This document shows, piece after piece, positions 10,419-20,345 of a stretch of DNA of 64,000 bases. Source of the DNA: a bacterium (GTDB lineage Bacteria > Patescibacteriota > Patescibacteriia > 2-01-FULL-39-33). The stretch's first letter is position 1. Every line of letters starts with the position of its first letter. The translations under genes and the position numbers were made by a program. The notes beneath the pieces were generated by a model. That model was not told where the DNA came from. It saw nothing but the letters and a program-made list of their open reading frames with translations, and did not search any database. The stretch lies in contig JAKQDP010000070.1 in assembly GCA_029558735.1 (NCBI GenBank), positions 42,700 to 106,699 of the forward strand, given 5' to 3'.

Positions 10419-10526
10419 ATGAAAAAATCCAATAAAAAAAATACCCTTAAAACAGTCTGGACGATTATTGTTTTACTGATGATATTTTCAATGGTCTTTT
10501 TCTCAATTATGCCGCTATTCTACTAA
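10419..10526 (+). CDS. Leaderless 35-aa single-TM microprotein
   Basis: MKKSNKKNTLKTVWTIIVLLMIFSMVFFSIMPLFY; TTGACA(10384)-17-TATTAT ends 6 nt before the ATG. Confidence 0.6.
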   Translation: MKKSNKKNTLKTVWTIIVLLMIFSMVFFSIMPLFY

Positions 10527-10569
10527 TGGACAAATATCTGAAAATTGTTTTAATCCCGAAACTTCGGGA

Positions 10570-12348
10570 TTATTTTTTTAATACCGCCAAAAAAGTTTCC
10601 GCGGGAATATCCACTTTGCCCAAATTCATCATTTTCTTTTTGCCCTTTTTCTGTTTTTCCAATAATTTGGCGCGCCGACTCCAATCGCCGCCATATAATT
10701 TAGCAGTTACATCTTTACGCAAAGCGGACAATCTTTCAGCGGCGATAATCTTACCGCCAACCGCCGCCTGAATTTTGACCATAAATTGCTGACGGGGCAA
10801 TTCATTTTTTAAAACATTGACAATACGCTTACCTACCTGATGAGCGCTATCCTTGTAAGTGATCAATGAAAGCGCATCTATTTTTTCCTCGGCCACCAAG
10901 ATGTCCATTTTAATCACTTCCGCCGCTTGATAAACATCAAAATCATAATTCAGACTGGCATAACCAGAAGAAATCGACTTGAGCTTGTCATAAAAATCCA
11001 CAATCAACTGAGTCAAGGGAATGCGGTAATGTAAAATAGCCACCTCCTGATCAAGATATTCCGTGTTGAGATATTCACCCCGTTTTTCAGTGGCCAATTG
11101 CATGATTGGGCCAATATACTGCTGGGGGGTAAAAATATCCACGCGCATTATCGGCTCTGCCACTGCCTCAATATAAGTGGCTTCGGGTAATTCCGCCGGA
11201 TTATAAATCATTTTCTCCACGCCACTCTTAAATTTTACCCGAAAAGCGACACTGGGCACGGTCACCACCAAATCCAAATCAAATTCCCGCCGCAGCCGCT
11301 CCTGGATTATTTCCAAATGGAGCAACCCCAAAAACCCGCAACGAAAGCCAAAGCCCAGGGCCGGCGAATTTTCCGGCTCATAACTCAAAGCGGCGTCATT
11401 GAGCTTCAATTTTTCAATCGCTTCCCGCAGACGGCCAAAATCGCTGCCATCTTTACAGAAAAAACCGGCAAACACCATCGGTTTAACCTCTTTGTATCCG
11501 GGCAAAGGCTTGGAATCACTGTTTCTCAAAATAATCGTGTCACCGACCTTACATTGAGCCACCTCCCTCAAACCAGTGACAATATAACCGATCTCACCAG
11601 CAGTTAACTCGCCGGTTTTATAAAGCTTCGGATTAAAATACCCAACCTCCAAGGCTTCCGCGTTTGTACCATTAGAATGAAAACTTAATTTATCTCTAGT
11701 TTTGACTCGACCATCAAAAACTCTGACATAAGCGATTACTCCCTTATAATCATCATAAACCGAATCAAAAATAAGGGCCCGCAAAGAATTGGCTTGGCCC
11801 TCGCGGGGCACCGGCACCTTATTAATCACCGCCTGCAAGACTTCAGCCACTCCCTGGCCAGTTTTGGCAGACACTTTATAAATATCCGCCGGCTGGCAAC
11901 CGATCAGGGAACAGATTTCCCGCTCCACTCGTTCGACCTGGGAATTGGGTAAATCAATCTTATTGATAACCGGAATAATTTCCAAATTGTGCTCCAAAGC
12001 CAGATATAAATTGCCTAAGGTCTGGGCTTGTACCCCCTGGGTGGCGTCAACCAAAAGTATTGCCCCTTCCACCGCCATCAGACTACGGGAGACTTCATAA
12101 GTAAAATCCACATGGCCAGGAGTGTCTATCAAATTAAGTTCATAATTCTGATAATTCATCCTGACCGGCTGGAGCTTGATAGTGATGCCGCGCTCCTGTT
12201 CAATGTCCATCTGATCCAGCACCTGTTGGTGCATTTTTCGTTTATCAATAGTGCTGGTAATCTCCAGCATCCGGTCGGCCAAAGTGGATTTGCCGTGGTC
12301 AATATGGGCGATAATGCAGAAATTCCTTATTTGTTGGTTATTGGTCAT
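10570..12348 (-). CDS. lepA: Elongation factor 4
   Basis: IRNFCIIAHIDHGKSTLADR, ERGITIK, DTPGHVDF, GFRCGFLGLLH, RKDVTAKLYGGD; start moved to ATG 12348. Confidence 0.98.
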   Translation of the reverse strand: MTNNQQIRNFCIIAHIDHGKSTLADRMLEITSTIDKRKMHQQVLDQMDIEQERGITIKLQPVRMNYQNYELNLIDTPGHVDFTYEVSRSLMAVEGAILLVDATQGVQAQTLGNLYLALEHNLEIIPVINKIDLPNSQVERVEREICSLIGCQPADIYKVSAKTGQGVAEVLQAVINKVPVPREGQANSLRALIFDSVYDDYKGVIAYVRVFDGRVKTRDKLSFHSNGTNAEALEVGYFNPKLYKTGELTAGEIGYIVTGLREVAQCKVGDTIILRNSDSKPLPGYKEVKPMVFAGFFCKDGSDFGRLREAIEKLKLNDAALSYEPENSPALGFGFRCGFLGLLHLEIIQERLRREFDLDLVVTVPSVAFRVKFKSGVEKMIYNPAELPEATYIEAVAEPIMRVDIFTPQQYIGPIMQLATEKRGEYLNTEYLDQEVAILHYRIPLTQLIVDFYDKLKSISSGYASLNYDFDVYQAAEVIKMDILVAEEKIDALSLITYKDSAHQVGKRIVNVLKNELPRQQFMVKIQAAVGGKIIAAERLSALRKDVTAKLYGGDWSRRAKLLEKQKKGKKKMMNLGKVDIPAETFLAVLKK

Positions 12349-12430
12349 AAAAATAATGGATAATACTAACAAATTGTACCAATAATTAGGTATAAAATCA
12401 AGGGAATGGAAAACGAATTTAAAATTAAAA

Positions 12431-12458
12431 ATAGAGACATTATCCGCAATGTCTCTAC
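12431..12458. repeat. GTAG-type REP-like palindrome
   Basis: Minus strand GTAGAGACATTGCGGATAATGTCTCTAT; shares (G)TAGAGAC...GTCTCTA arms with the palindromes at 30899 and 31158. Confidence 0.6.
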
Positions 12459-12486
12459 AATCATAAATACATTTTGAAAACCAAAA

Positions 12487-14208
12487 TCACACTCCCTCGC
12501 CTTCTCTGGCCACATCCTCGGCAACGGCCGGACTGACTTTTTTGAGCAGCTTCTTTTTCATTGCCGAAACAAAAATTGCCATCTCTTCCATATTCAACAG
12601 CCAACCCAATAGCCAATAACCGGCCAAGCCGCCCAAACCAGCCAGCAGCCCCTGGGCAAAAATGCCCAAAAACTTTTCTGTCGGCACAATCAGATTAAGG
12701 AGCTGGAGCAGGCTATAAGTGATTAACCCGGCACCCAAAGCGGAAAATAAAATCCGCAAGGAGGAATCAATAATTTTACGGCCGTCCAGTCGGCCAATTT
12801 TAAATCGCAGCCAAATTAATAACAAAATCAAATTAACTATTGACGAGACCGAAATCGCCGCCGGCAGAGCCAAAATCCGTAAATCCGCCACTAGCCGTAA
12901 ATCAGAGATTTTCAAAATAGCGGCCGTAAAAAAAGAAAAATCATTATCAAAACTAAACACCCAACAAAAAAACAGTAAGGCAATCAAATTAACCGCCAAA
13001 GAGACCAGGCCCAAATAAAACGGAGTCTTACTGTTCTGTAAGGCATAAAAAGCGCGAATCAATAAGGGCAAAACGCTTTGAGCAAATAAGCTTAGGGCAA
13101 AAATAGCCAGGCTGGCGGCAGTTAGCCGAGTATCCAGCCAACCGAACTCGCCCGCCCCCAAAATAACGCGGACAATCTGCGCCCTAAGCACATAAAACAA
13201 AACTGACACCGGCACAATTAAAAATAAAATCTGACGAAAAGTGGAAGAGAGGGCAACCACAAAATCCCCTAAGTCCTTTTTGACAGCCAAGACCGATAAA
13301 GTCGGCAAAGCGGCCACAGCAAAAGAAACACCAAAAATCCCCAAGGGAAAACTTTGCAAATTATTGGCCAAATTGAAAATCGCTAACGAACCGGCCGCCA
13401 AAGTGGAAGCCATCATAGTCACTAGCAAAATATTCAACTGATTTAATACTAATGTCATTGTCCGCGGAATAGTCATCCGACCGACCCGCAAAACATTTTT
13501 ATCGCGCCAATTTAATATCGGCCGATAACGATAACCCGAGGAAAAAACCGTCGGCAACTGAATCAACAAATGCAACAGGGCGCCGAACACTACGCCCCAA
13601 GCCAGACCATAAAGCCCCCATTCATCAACCAAATAAATTGCGCCGACAATAATGCCGATATTATAAAATATCGGCGCCAAAGAATAAACAAAAAATTGCT
13701 TGAATGATTGGAGAATTGAACCCAAAACCGCTGAAATACCCAATAACACCGGGCTTAAAAACATAATCCGTGACAAAGACACCACGAGCGCCAGCTTCTC
13801 AGCAGAAAAACCGGGCGTAATTAAAGGAATAATTTGTTCGGCAAAAACAAAAAATAAACCACAAATCAGCAATAAGCCAATAATAATGAAGTTAAGCACA
13901 CTATTAATCAATCGCCAAGCTTCCTGTTTTTTACGATTCAATGGCGATGCTTCTTCCAACAGGCTAGTAAAAACCGGAATTAATCCGGCAGAAATCGCTC
14001 CCAAAACCACCAAATTATACACCAAATCCGGCAACCGAAAAGCGGCATAATAAATATCCAGAGTGTCGCCGGCGCCAAAATGCGAAGCTAAAATTCTATC
14101 CCGAAAAACACCCAGTAGCCGGCTAACCAAAGACAAGGCGCCAATAATAATCGCTGCCGAGGTAATAGTCCGGGACTGAGAATTGATAATGTTTTTGAAT
14201 TTGAACAT
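12487..14208 (-). CDS. murJ: Lipid II flippase MurJ
   Basis: SRLLGVFRDRILASHFG, YYAAFRLPD, RAFYALQNSKTP; multi-TM. Confidence 0.95.
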   Translation of the reverse strand: MFKFKNIINSQSRTITSAAIIIGALSLVSRLLGVFRDRILASHFGAGDTLDIYYAAFRLPDLVYNLVVLGAISAGLIPVFTSLLEEASPLNRKKQEAWRLINSVLNFIIIGLLLICGLFFVFAEQIIPLITPGFSAEKLALVVSLSRIMFLSPVLLGISAVLGSILQSFKQFFVYSLAPIFYNIGIIVGAIYLVDEWGLYGLAWGVVFGALLHLLIQLPTVFSSGYRYRPILNWRDKNVLRVGRMTIPRTMTLVLNQLNILLVTMMASTLAAGSLAIFNLANNLQSFPLGIFGVSFAVAALPTLSVLAVKKDLGDFVVALSSTFRQILFLIVPVSVLFYVLRAQIVRVILGAGEFGWLDTRLTAASLAIFALSLFAQSVLPLLIRAFYALQNSKTPFYLGLVSLAVNLIALLFFCWVFSFDNDFSFFTAAILKISDLRLVADLRILALPAAISVSSIVNLILLLIWLRFKIGRLDGRKIIDSSLRILFSALGAGLITYSLLQLLNLIVPTEKFLGIFAQGLLAGLGGLAGYWLLGWLLNMEEMAIFVSAMKKKLLKKVSPAVAEDVAREGEGV

Positions 14209-14235
14209 TATTTACAGTGACAGTAAGTCTGAAAA

Positions 14236-14310
14236 CTAGCTCAACTTAGATTGAGCAATCAAGGCTATTACTACTCCCACAAAAATAATGCCAAAAACAA
14301 CATAAACCAT
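14236..14310 (-). CDS. Candidate 24-aa hydrophobic peptide upstream of murJ
   Basis: MVYVVFGIIFVGVVIALIAQSKLS; TTGAAA-17-TAAAAT ends 8 nt before the ATG. Confidence 0.35.
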   Translation of the reverse strand: MVYVVFGIIFVGVVIALIAQSKLS

Positions 14311-14353
14311 AAAATAAAATTTTAATTTTTTAAGATAAAATTTTCAATAAATA

Positions 14354-16426
14354 TCATTGGCTGATTATCCTGGCATCCACAATCTTGGCGCCCTGGCCTT
14401 TGGCGCCGACCATCACCGGGTTAAAATCCACCTCAGTAATCCGTGGCAATTGGCAGGCGGCCTTACCCAACCTGACCAAAATATCGGCCAAGGCCTCAAT
14501 ATCCAAGGGTTTCTGGCCGCGAGCGCCGGCCAAAATCTTGGCGACTTTTAATTCTTTAATCATCTCTCTGGCAACCGCCGGACCAAAGGGCGCTATTCGA
14601 AAAGAGACATCATTGAACACTTCCGCGTAAATGCCGCCAGTGCCAACCATTACTAACGGACCAAATTGCCTATCTCGCTTCATTCCAACGATAATCTCAA
14701 AGCCGGTCACCATCTCGCCAATTAAAAATCCGGAAACGGCAGGAATATTTTTCTTCATTTGTTTTACAGCTCGCTCTAATTCAATAACGGATTTAATGTT
14801 CAATTTGACCCCGCCAACATCAGATTTATGCAGCGCCTTGGGCGAAACGACTTTGACTGCTATGGGCCAACCAATATTTTGAGCCGCCGCCTCAGCTTCA
14901 GCCAAATGGCGGGCAAAAACAGCGCGATGAAAATTAAATCCCCAGGGCTTCAATAACTGTCTGACTTCTATTTCGGTCAATGTTTTTTTGTTTAATATTT
15001 TAGGCGTCTTACTGCTCGTTAGCGGCTTAATTGTTGGTTTAGTTTTCAGATTATTTTTTTTCCATTGGTTATAACGCCACATCTGGCCCAAGGTGGCAAC
15101 TGCTTGATTGGGAAAAGCATAAACCGGCAGTGAATAACGGCTAAAAAGTTCATAATGGGGAGTAATGCTGGCCTCGCCCATAAAACAAGCCAAAACAGTT
15201 TTTTGACTCCGACGACTAATTTGGCCGACTGTCTTAGTAATAGCGGCAATATCGGTCATTTTCTGCGGCGTCAAGGCAATAATAATGGCATCAATCTTGT
15301 CATCCTTCAGCGCTTGCTCTAAAGCCAACTGGTAACGATCGGCCGTGGCATCGCCCAAAACATCAATTGGATTTTTAACGCTGGCCGCCTCAGGCAATCC
15401 AGCCTTAAGCTTTTTTTGGCTAGTCACCGATAAAGACGCCAAGGTTAGACCATTAGCCGGCAACAAATCAGTTAGTAGCACGCCCGGCCCGCCAGCATTG
15501 GTAATAATGGCGACGCGATTGCCCCTGGGTAACGGTTGCAAAGAAAAACCCTTGGCTAAATTGACAAAATCTTCCAGATCCTCGGCCTCGATCGCGCCGA
15601 CCTGATTAAAAACCGTTCTATAGGTTTGAGCGGAACCAGCCAAGGAACCGGTGTGGGATGATACGGCCTGCTGGCCATGTTCGGTTTTACCAGCCTTTAA
15701 CACCACAAGCGGTTTTTTACGGCTCAAAGCGCTGGCTATCTCCATAAATCGAGTGCCGTTTCTGACATCTTCCAAGTAAGCCATTGCCACTTTGACTTTC
15801 TTATCCGTCATTAAATATTCCAATACCTCAGACTCATCAATGTCCAACTTATTGCCTAGGCTGACAAAATAAGCCAAGCCTAATTTCTGGGCTTGAGCCA
15901 AATCCAAAACAGCCGTCCCCAGAGCGCCGGATTGAGACAAAAAAGCAATCTTGCCAACCGCTGGTGCGGTTTTGGCAAAAGAAGCGTTAATTGGCAATAA
16001 ATTGGAAATATAACCCAAACAATTCGGGCCAAGAATTCTAATTTGATATTTCTGGGCAATTTTTTCAACCTGTTTCTCCAATTTCATTCCGACCGGCCCC
16101 AACTCCCGAAAACCAGCCGAAATAATCACAATATTAGCGCATTTTTTCTTACCGCACTGCTCCACGGCCTTGGGAACAAACTGAGCCGGAATAACAATAA
16201 TTGCCAAATCAACAGCCCTAGGCACTTGCAAAATTGAGGGATAGGCCGGTAAGCCTTCAATATCTTTATCATCCAGATTAATCGGATAAATTTTGCCGCC
16301 AAAACTATTTTTCAAATTGACCACAATGTCATTACCCACCTTGCCCGGCTTGGCCGAGGCGCCAATTATCGCCACTGACTGGGGATTAAAAAAGGAGTCT
16401 AAACTGGTTTTATTTTTAATTGGCAT
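14354..16426 (-). CDS. Acetate--CoA ligase (ADP-forming), fused alpha-beta
   Basis: PQSVAIIGAS, GPNCLG, SQSGALG, SSHTGSLAG phospho-His, NPIDVLGDA, ATP-grasp HKSDVGGV. Confidence 0.93.
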   Translation of the reverse strand: MPIKNKTSLDSFFNPQSVAIIGASAKPGKVGNDIVVNLKNSFGGKIYPINLDDKDIEGLPAYPSILQVPRAVDLAIIVIPAQFVPKAVEQCGKKKCANIVIISAGFRELGPVGMKLEKQVEKIAQKYQIRILGPNCLGYISNLLPINASFAKTAPAVGKIAFLSQSGALGTAVLDLAQAQKLGLAYFVSLGNKLDIDESEVLEYLMTDKKVKVAMAYLEDVRNGTRFMEIASALSRKKPLVVLKAGKTEHGQQAVSSHTGSLAGSAQTYRTVFNQVGAIEAEDLEDFVNLAKGFSLQPLPRGNRVAIITNAGGPGVLLTDLLPANGLTLASLSVTSQKKLKAGLPEAASVKNPIDVLGDATADRYQLALEQALKDDKIDAIIIALTPQKMTDIAAITKTVGQISRRSQKTVLACFMGEASITPHYELFSRYSLPVYAFPNQAVATLGQMWRYNQWKKNNLKTKPTIKPLTSSKTPKILNKKTLTEIEVRQLLKPWGFNFHRAVFARHLAEAEAAAQNIGWPIAVKVVSPKALHKSDVGGVKLNIKSVIELERAVKQMKKNIPAVSGFLIGEMVTGFEIIVGMKRDRQFGPLVMVGTGGIYAEVFNDVSFRIAPFGPAVAREMIKELKVAKILAGARGQKPLDIEALADILVRLGKAACQLPRITEVDFNPVMVGAKGQGAKIVDARIISQ

Positions 16427-16517
16427 AGGGCCCTGGTTTATGATTTTCCTTTTTTATTTTATCATAATTTTCCAGATAAAAAAACAGCTCAACATATTTG
16501 AATATTATTTCTTCATT

Positions 16518-16546
16518 AAAACAGGCGCCATTTAGGCGCCTGTTTT
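16518..16546. terminator. Intrinsic terminator after ppdK
   Basis: AAAACAGGCGCC-ATTTA-GGCGCCTGTTTTT. Confidence 0.75.
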
Positions 16547-16575
16547 TGAAATAAGGTATGCTAATCAACCGATTA

Positions 16576-19233
16576 TTACTTGGTGGTCTTCTCTTTTATG
16601 ACTGCCTGCGCCGCCGCCAATCTAGCAATCGGCACTCGAAATGGGGAGCAAGAGACATAAGTGAAGCCCTCGCGGTAGCAAAATTCGACCGAAGCCGGAT
16701 CGCCACCATGCTCGCCGCAAATGCCAATTTTTAAATCCGGTTTGACGCTGCGGCCCTTACGGACGGCAATTCTGATCAGTTCGCCGATTCCTCGCTGATC
16801 CAATGATTGGAACGGATCAATATCATAAATCCCCTGACTGACATATTCCTTCAAAAATTTGCCAGCATCATCACGACTAAAGCCGGCGCCCAACTGAGTC
16901 AAATCATTAGTGCCGAAAGAAAAGAAATCAGCCTGCTTAGCAATTTCATCAGCCGTGACCGCCGCTCGGGGCACCTCAATCATTGTGCCTATTTTATAAT
17001 TAATTTTCGAATCCGCAGCTTGGAGTTTTTGCTCAATAATTTCAACAACCCGCTTCTTGATTATCTCCAATTCTTTAGCCGTACCAATTAAAGGAATCAT
17101 AATTTCCGGCTTAACTTCGGTTTTACGACCGCATTTGGGACAATCTTGTGACACTTCAAGCGCCGCCTCAATAATTGCTGTCACCTGCATATCATAAATT
17201 TCCGGATAAGTAATTGCCAACCGGCAGCCGCGATGACCTAACATCGGATTGAACTCATGTAATTCGGCAATTTTGGCTTTTAAGGTGCCGGCATCCACTT
17301 CCATTTCTCGCGCCAAATCATAAATATCTTTTTCCTCAGTCGGCAAAAATTCATGCAGCGGCGGATCCAATAAACGAATCGTAACGCCAAAACCGTCCAT
17401 AGCATGGAACAAACCAATAAAATCTTCCTTTTGATAAGGCAATAATTTAGCCAACGCTTTTTGCCGGCCTTCAATATCAACTGCCAAAATCATTTCCCGG
17501 ACTGCTTTAATTCTATCACCCTCAAAAAACATATGTTCCGTCCGGCATAAGCCAATGCCTTCCGCGCCAAATTTTCTGGCCACTTGGGCATCATGAGGGG
17601 TATCGGCATTGGTCCGAACACCCAAAGTTCTAATCTCATCGGTCCAATTCATAATCGTGGCGAAATCACCGCTCATTTCCGGATCACGGGTAGTCACCTT
17701 GCCCAAATAAACCCGACCATCGCTACCATCCAGGGTGATAAAATCACCTTCTTTAACGACTACACCCTTGCTTTTAATTGTAAGTTGCTTATTTTTTTCA
17801 TTAATGTCAATATCAGCACAACCGGCAACACAGCAAGTGCCCATGCCTCGGGCCACAACCGCCGCATGAGAGGTCATCCCGCCTCGGGCAGTTAAAATAC
17901 CTTTGGCGCTGTGCATACCGTCAATATCTTCCGGCGAAGTTTCCAGCCGCACCAAAATCACATCCAGGCCTTGTTGGGCCTTATCATACGCTTCCTGGGC
18001 GGTAAAAACCACTTGACCGACCGCCGCGCCCGGTGAAGCCGGCAGCCCCTGGGCAATTTCTTCCGCCTGTTGCTTAGCCACCGGATCAATCTGCTTATGA
18101 AGCAATTTATCCAATTGTTCGGCTTCTATCTTTAGCAATGCTTCCTCTCTGGTTAATTTACCCTCATTAACCAACTCAACCGCGATTCTAACCGCGGCAG
18201 CGGCAGTGCGCTTGCCATTTCTGGTTTGCAAAATAAACAACCGACCATTTTGAATGGTAAATTCCATATCCTGCATATCCCGATAATGATCCTCTACTTT
18301 TTTACAAATATCGACCAGCTCCTGATAAATTACTGGATTTTGCTCTTTTAGGGCATTAACCGGCTGGGGTGTCCGAATACCAGCCACCACATCTTCGCCT
18401 TGGGCATTCATTAAGTACTCGCCATAAAATTCATTTTCACCGGTACTAGGATTACGAGTAAAGCAAACGCCAGTGCCACTCTCCTCGCCTAGATTGCCGA
18501 ACACCATTGCCTGAATATTGACCGCCGTACCAATCAATCCCCTAATATTGTTAATCTCGCGATAACGAATAGCTCGATAATTATTCCAGGAATCAAACAC
18601 CGCATTAATCGCCAATTTTAATTGCTCCTTGGGGTCCTGAGGAAAATCAAGGCCTTTAATTTCCAATACTTTTTCTTTATACCGCCTGATTAATTCCTTT
18701 AAATCGTCAGCGGTTAAATCAGTGTCAAACTGAACACCCTTGGTATCCTTGACGTTCTCCAGTATTTCTTCAAATTCCGCAGAATCAATGCCTAAAACAA
18801 CATTACCAAACATCTGAATCAAGCGCCGATAAGAATCAAAAGCAAACCGCGGATTGCCGGTTTTTTGAGCTAAGCCCAGCGCCGACTGATCATTTAAGCC
18901 CAAATTTAGAATTGTATCCATCATACCCGGCATTGACGAAGCCGCACCCGAACGGACCGATACCAACAAAGGATCAACCGGATCGCCAAATTTCTTACCC
19001 ATATTCCGCTCCAATTCCGCCAATTTCTCATCGACCTGTTCCAGCGCTTCCGACGGATAAACTTTATTATTCTGGTGATAAAGGTCGCAAACCTCGGTAG
19101 TAATAGTAAAACCGGGCGGCACATTAATTCCCAAAGCGCTCATTTCGGCCAAATTTGCGCCCTTGCCACCCAAAATCTCCTTCATTTCCTTGTTTCCTTC
19201 TTGGAAGGAATAAACATACTTTTTTTCAGACAT
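16576..19233 (-). CDS. ppdK: Pyruvate, phosphate dikinase
   Basis: LGGKGANLAEM, SVRSGA, MPGMMDT, GGMTSHAAVVARG, GLCRTEHMF, GTNDLTQ, CGEHGGDP. Confidence 0.98.
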   Translation of the reverse strand: MSEKKYVYSFQEGNKEMKEILGGKGANLAEMSALGINVPPGFTITTEVCDLYHQNNKVYPSEALEQVDEKLAELERNMGKKFGDPVDPLLVSVRSGAASSMPGMMDTILNLGLNDQSALGLAQKTGNPRFAFDSYRRLIQMFGNVVLGIDSAEFEEILENVKDTKGVQFDTDLTADDLKELIRRYKEKVLEIKGLDFPQDPKEQLKLAINAVFDSWNNYRAIRYREINNIRGLIGTAVNIQAMVFGNLGEESGTGVCFTRNPSTGENEFYGEYLMNAQGEDVVAGIRTPQPVNALKEQNPVIYQELVDICKKVEDHYRDMQDMEFTIQNGRLFILQTRNGKRTAAAAVRIAVELVNEGKLTREEALLKIEAEQLDKLLHKQIDPVAKQQAEEIAQGLPASPGAAVGQVVFTAQEAYDKAQQGLDVILVRLETSPEDIDGMHSAKGILTARGGMTSHAAVVARGMGTCCVAGCADIDINEKNKQLTIKSKGVVVKEGDFITLDGSDGRVYLGKVTTRDPEMSGDFATIMNWTDEIRTLGVRTNADTPHDAQVARKFGAEGIGLCRTEHMFFEGDRIKAVREMILAVDIEGRQKALAKLLPYQKEDFIGLFHAMDGFGVTIRLLDPPLHEFLPTEEKDIYDLAREMEVDAGTLKAKIAELHEFNPMLGHRGCRLAITYPEIYDMQVTAIIEAALEVSQDCPKCGRKTEVKPEIMIPLIGTAKELEIIKKRVVEIIEQKLQAADSKINYKIGTMIEVPRAAVTADEIAKQADFFSFGTNDLTQLGAGFSRDDAGKFLKEYVSQGIYDIDPFQSLDQRGIGELIRIAVRKGRSVKPDLKIGICGEHGGDPASVEFCYREGFTYVSCSPFRVPIARLAAAQAVIKEKTTK

Positions 19234-19371
19234 AACGATTGTATGATTAAAATTTAGAAATTAAAAACTGGTTAATTCCTGTTGCCACTTTTTAATCTCC
19301 AACTTCAGCATTATTTAAGCAAACAAAAATGACAGGCCATCACTGGTCTATCACCTTCCAAAATTTATACG

Positions 19372-20331
19372 CTAGCGCGTTATTTGCCTCTTGGAAAGCA
19401 AGCCATTCTGGGCGCCGATTTGAGCGACAACGGAGGCGGAATTATTTATCCCCCAGCGCAGGGCGTCCTTAATACTTTTACCATAAATCAAAGCACTTGT
19501 AAAGGCGGAGTTAAAAGCATCGCCCACGCCAACCGTATCCACATTCTTACTGGAGCGCGCTTTCAGGAAATAATACTTCTGCCCGTCATAAGTATAAGCG
19601 CCGGCCGCGCCATCAGTAATTACTACCACCCGAGGGCCCAAACCATGAAGATATTTCAACAAACTCTTGATATTTTTCAATTTCTTGAATTCTAAAGCCT
19701 CATCGCGATTCAGAAACAAAACCTCAATCTTAGGCAAAAATTTCTTGACCCGATCAATTGACGCCAATTGCTGCGAACCCGGATTCCAAGCTATTTTTTT
19801 CTTATAGGCCGTTAAATTTTTTATTATTTTCTCCCAGCCGAGCGCCGGCAATGATGACACATAAAACCAATCTGTACTATAATTTGCCAACTTAATATCG
19901 CGAAATGACAAATCATCATTGCTGCCACGGTAAGTGAACAAAATATGCTCTTTGGCGGGATTATTAATAGTCAAAATCATGGAAAAGCCAGTTTTTTTTG
20001 TTTGATCAATTTTGATTAAGGCTGTCTCTATTGATTTATCTTTAAGGTTTTTTAAAACCGCCCGTCCGTTTTCATCATTGCCCAATCGACAAACAATCCC
20101 GACTTTTAAGCCTACCATAGTAAATGACACCGCAGTATTAGCCGCCCCGCCACCAAAATTAAAATATAAATCATCGGCCGTAATTTTGGCGCCATACTCA
20201 AAGGCCAATAATTTTTGTTTAGTCAAATTACTGGTTGTTACCAACTCGCCCTCACCGGAATAAAACATAATATCACGCGTGGCGCCGCCAATACAGATTA
20301 CATCCAATTTTTTGATTTTATTTTTCCTCAT
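19372..20331 (-). CDS. PfkB family carbohydrate kinase
   Basis: GGGAANTAV, WNPG, ITDG, DTVGVGDAF. Confidence 0.92.
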   Translation of the reverse strand: MRKNKIKKLDVICIGGATRDIMFYSGEGELVTTSNLTKQKLLAFEYGAKITADDLYFNFGGGAANTAVSFTMVGLKVGIVCRLGNDENGRAVLKNLKDKSIETALIKIDQTKKTGFSMILTINNPAKEHILFTYRGSNDDLSFRDIKLANYSTDWFYVSSLPALGWEKIIKNLTAYKKKIAWNPGSQQLASIDRVKKFLPKIEVLFLNRDEALEFKKLKNIKSLLKYLHGLGPRVVVITDGAAGAYTYDGQKYYFLKARSSKNVDTVGVGDAFNSAFTSALIYGKSIKDALRWGINNSASVVAQIGAQNGLLSKRQITR

Positions 20332-20345
20332 TCTGAAATAAAAAA

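Noticed and set aside
19325-19358. GGCCTGTCAT/GTGATAG words shared with the 5' hairpin of the candidate ncRNA
   Set aside because: 10-nt match with arms in swapped order; explained as the pfkB terminator hairpin, probably chance
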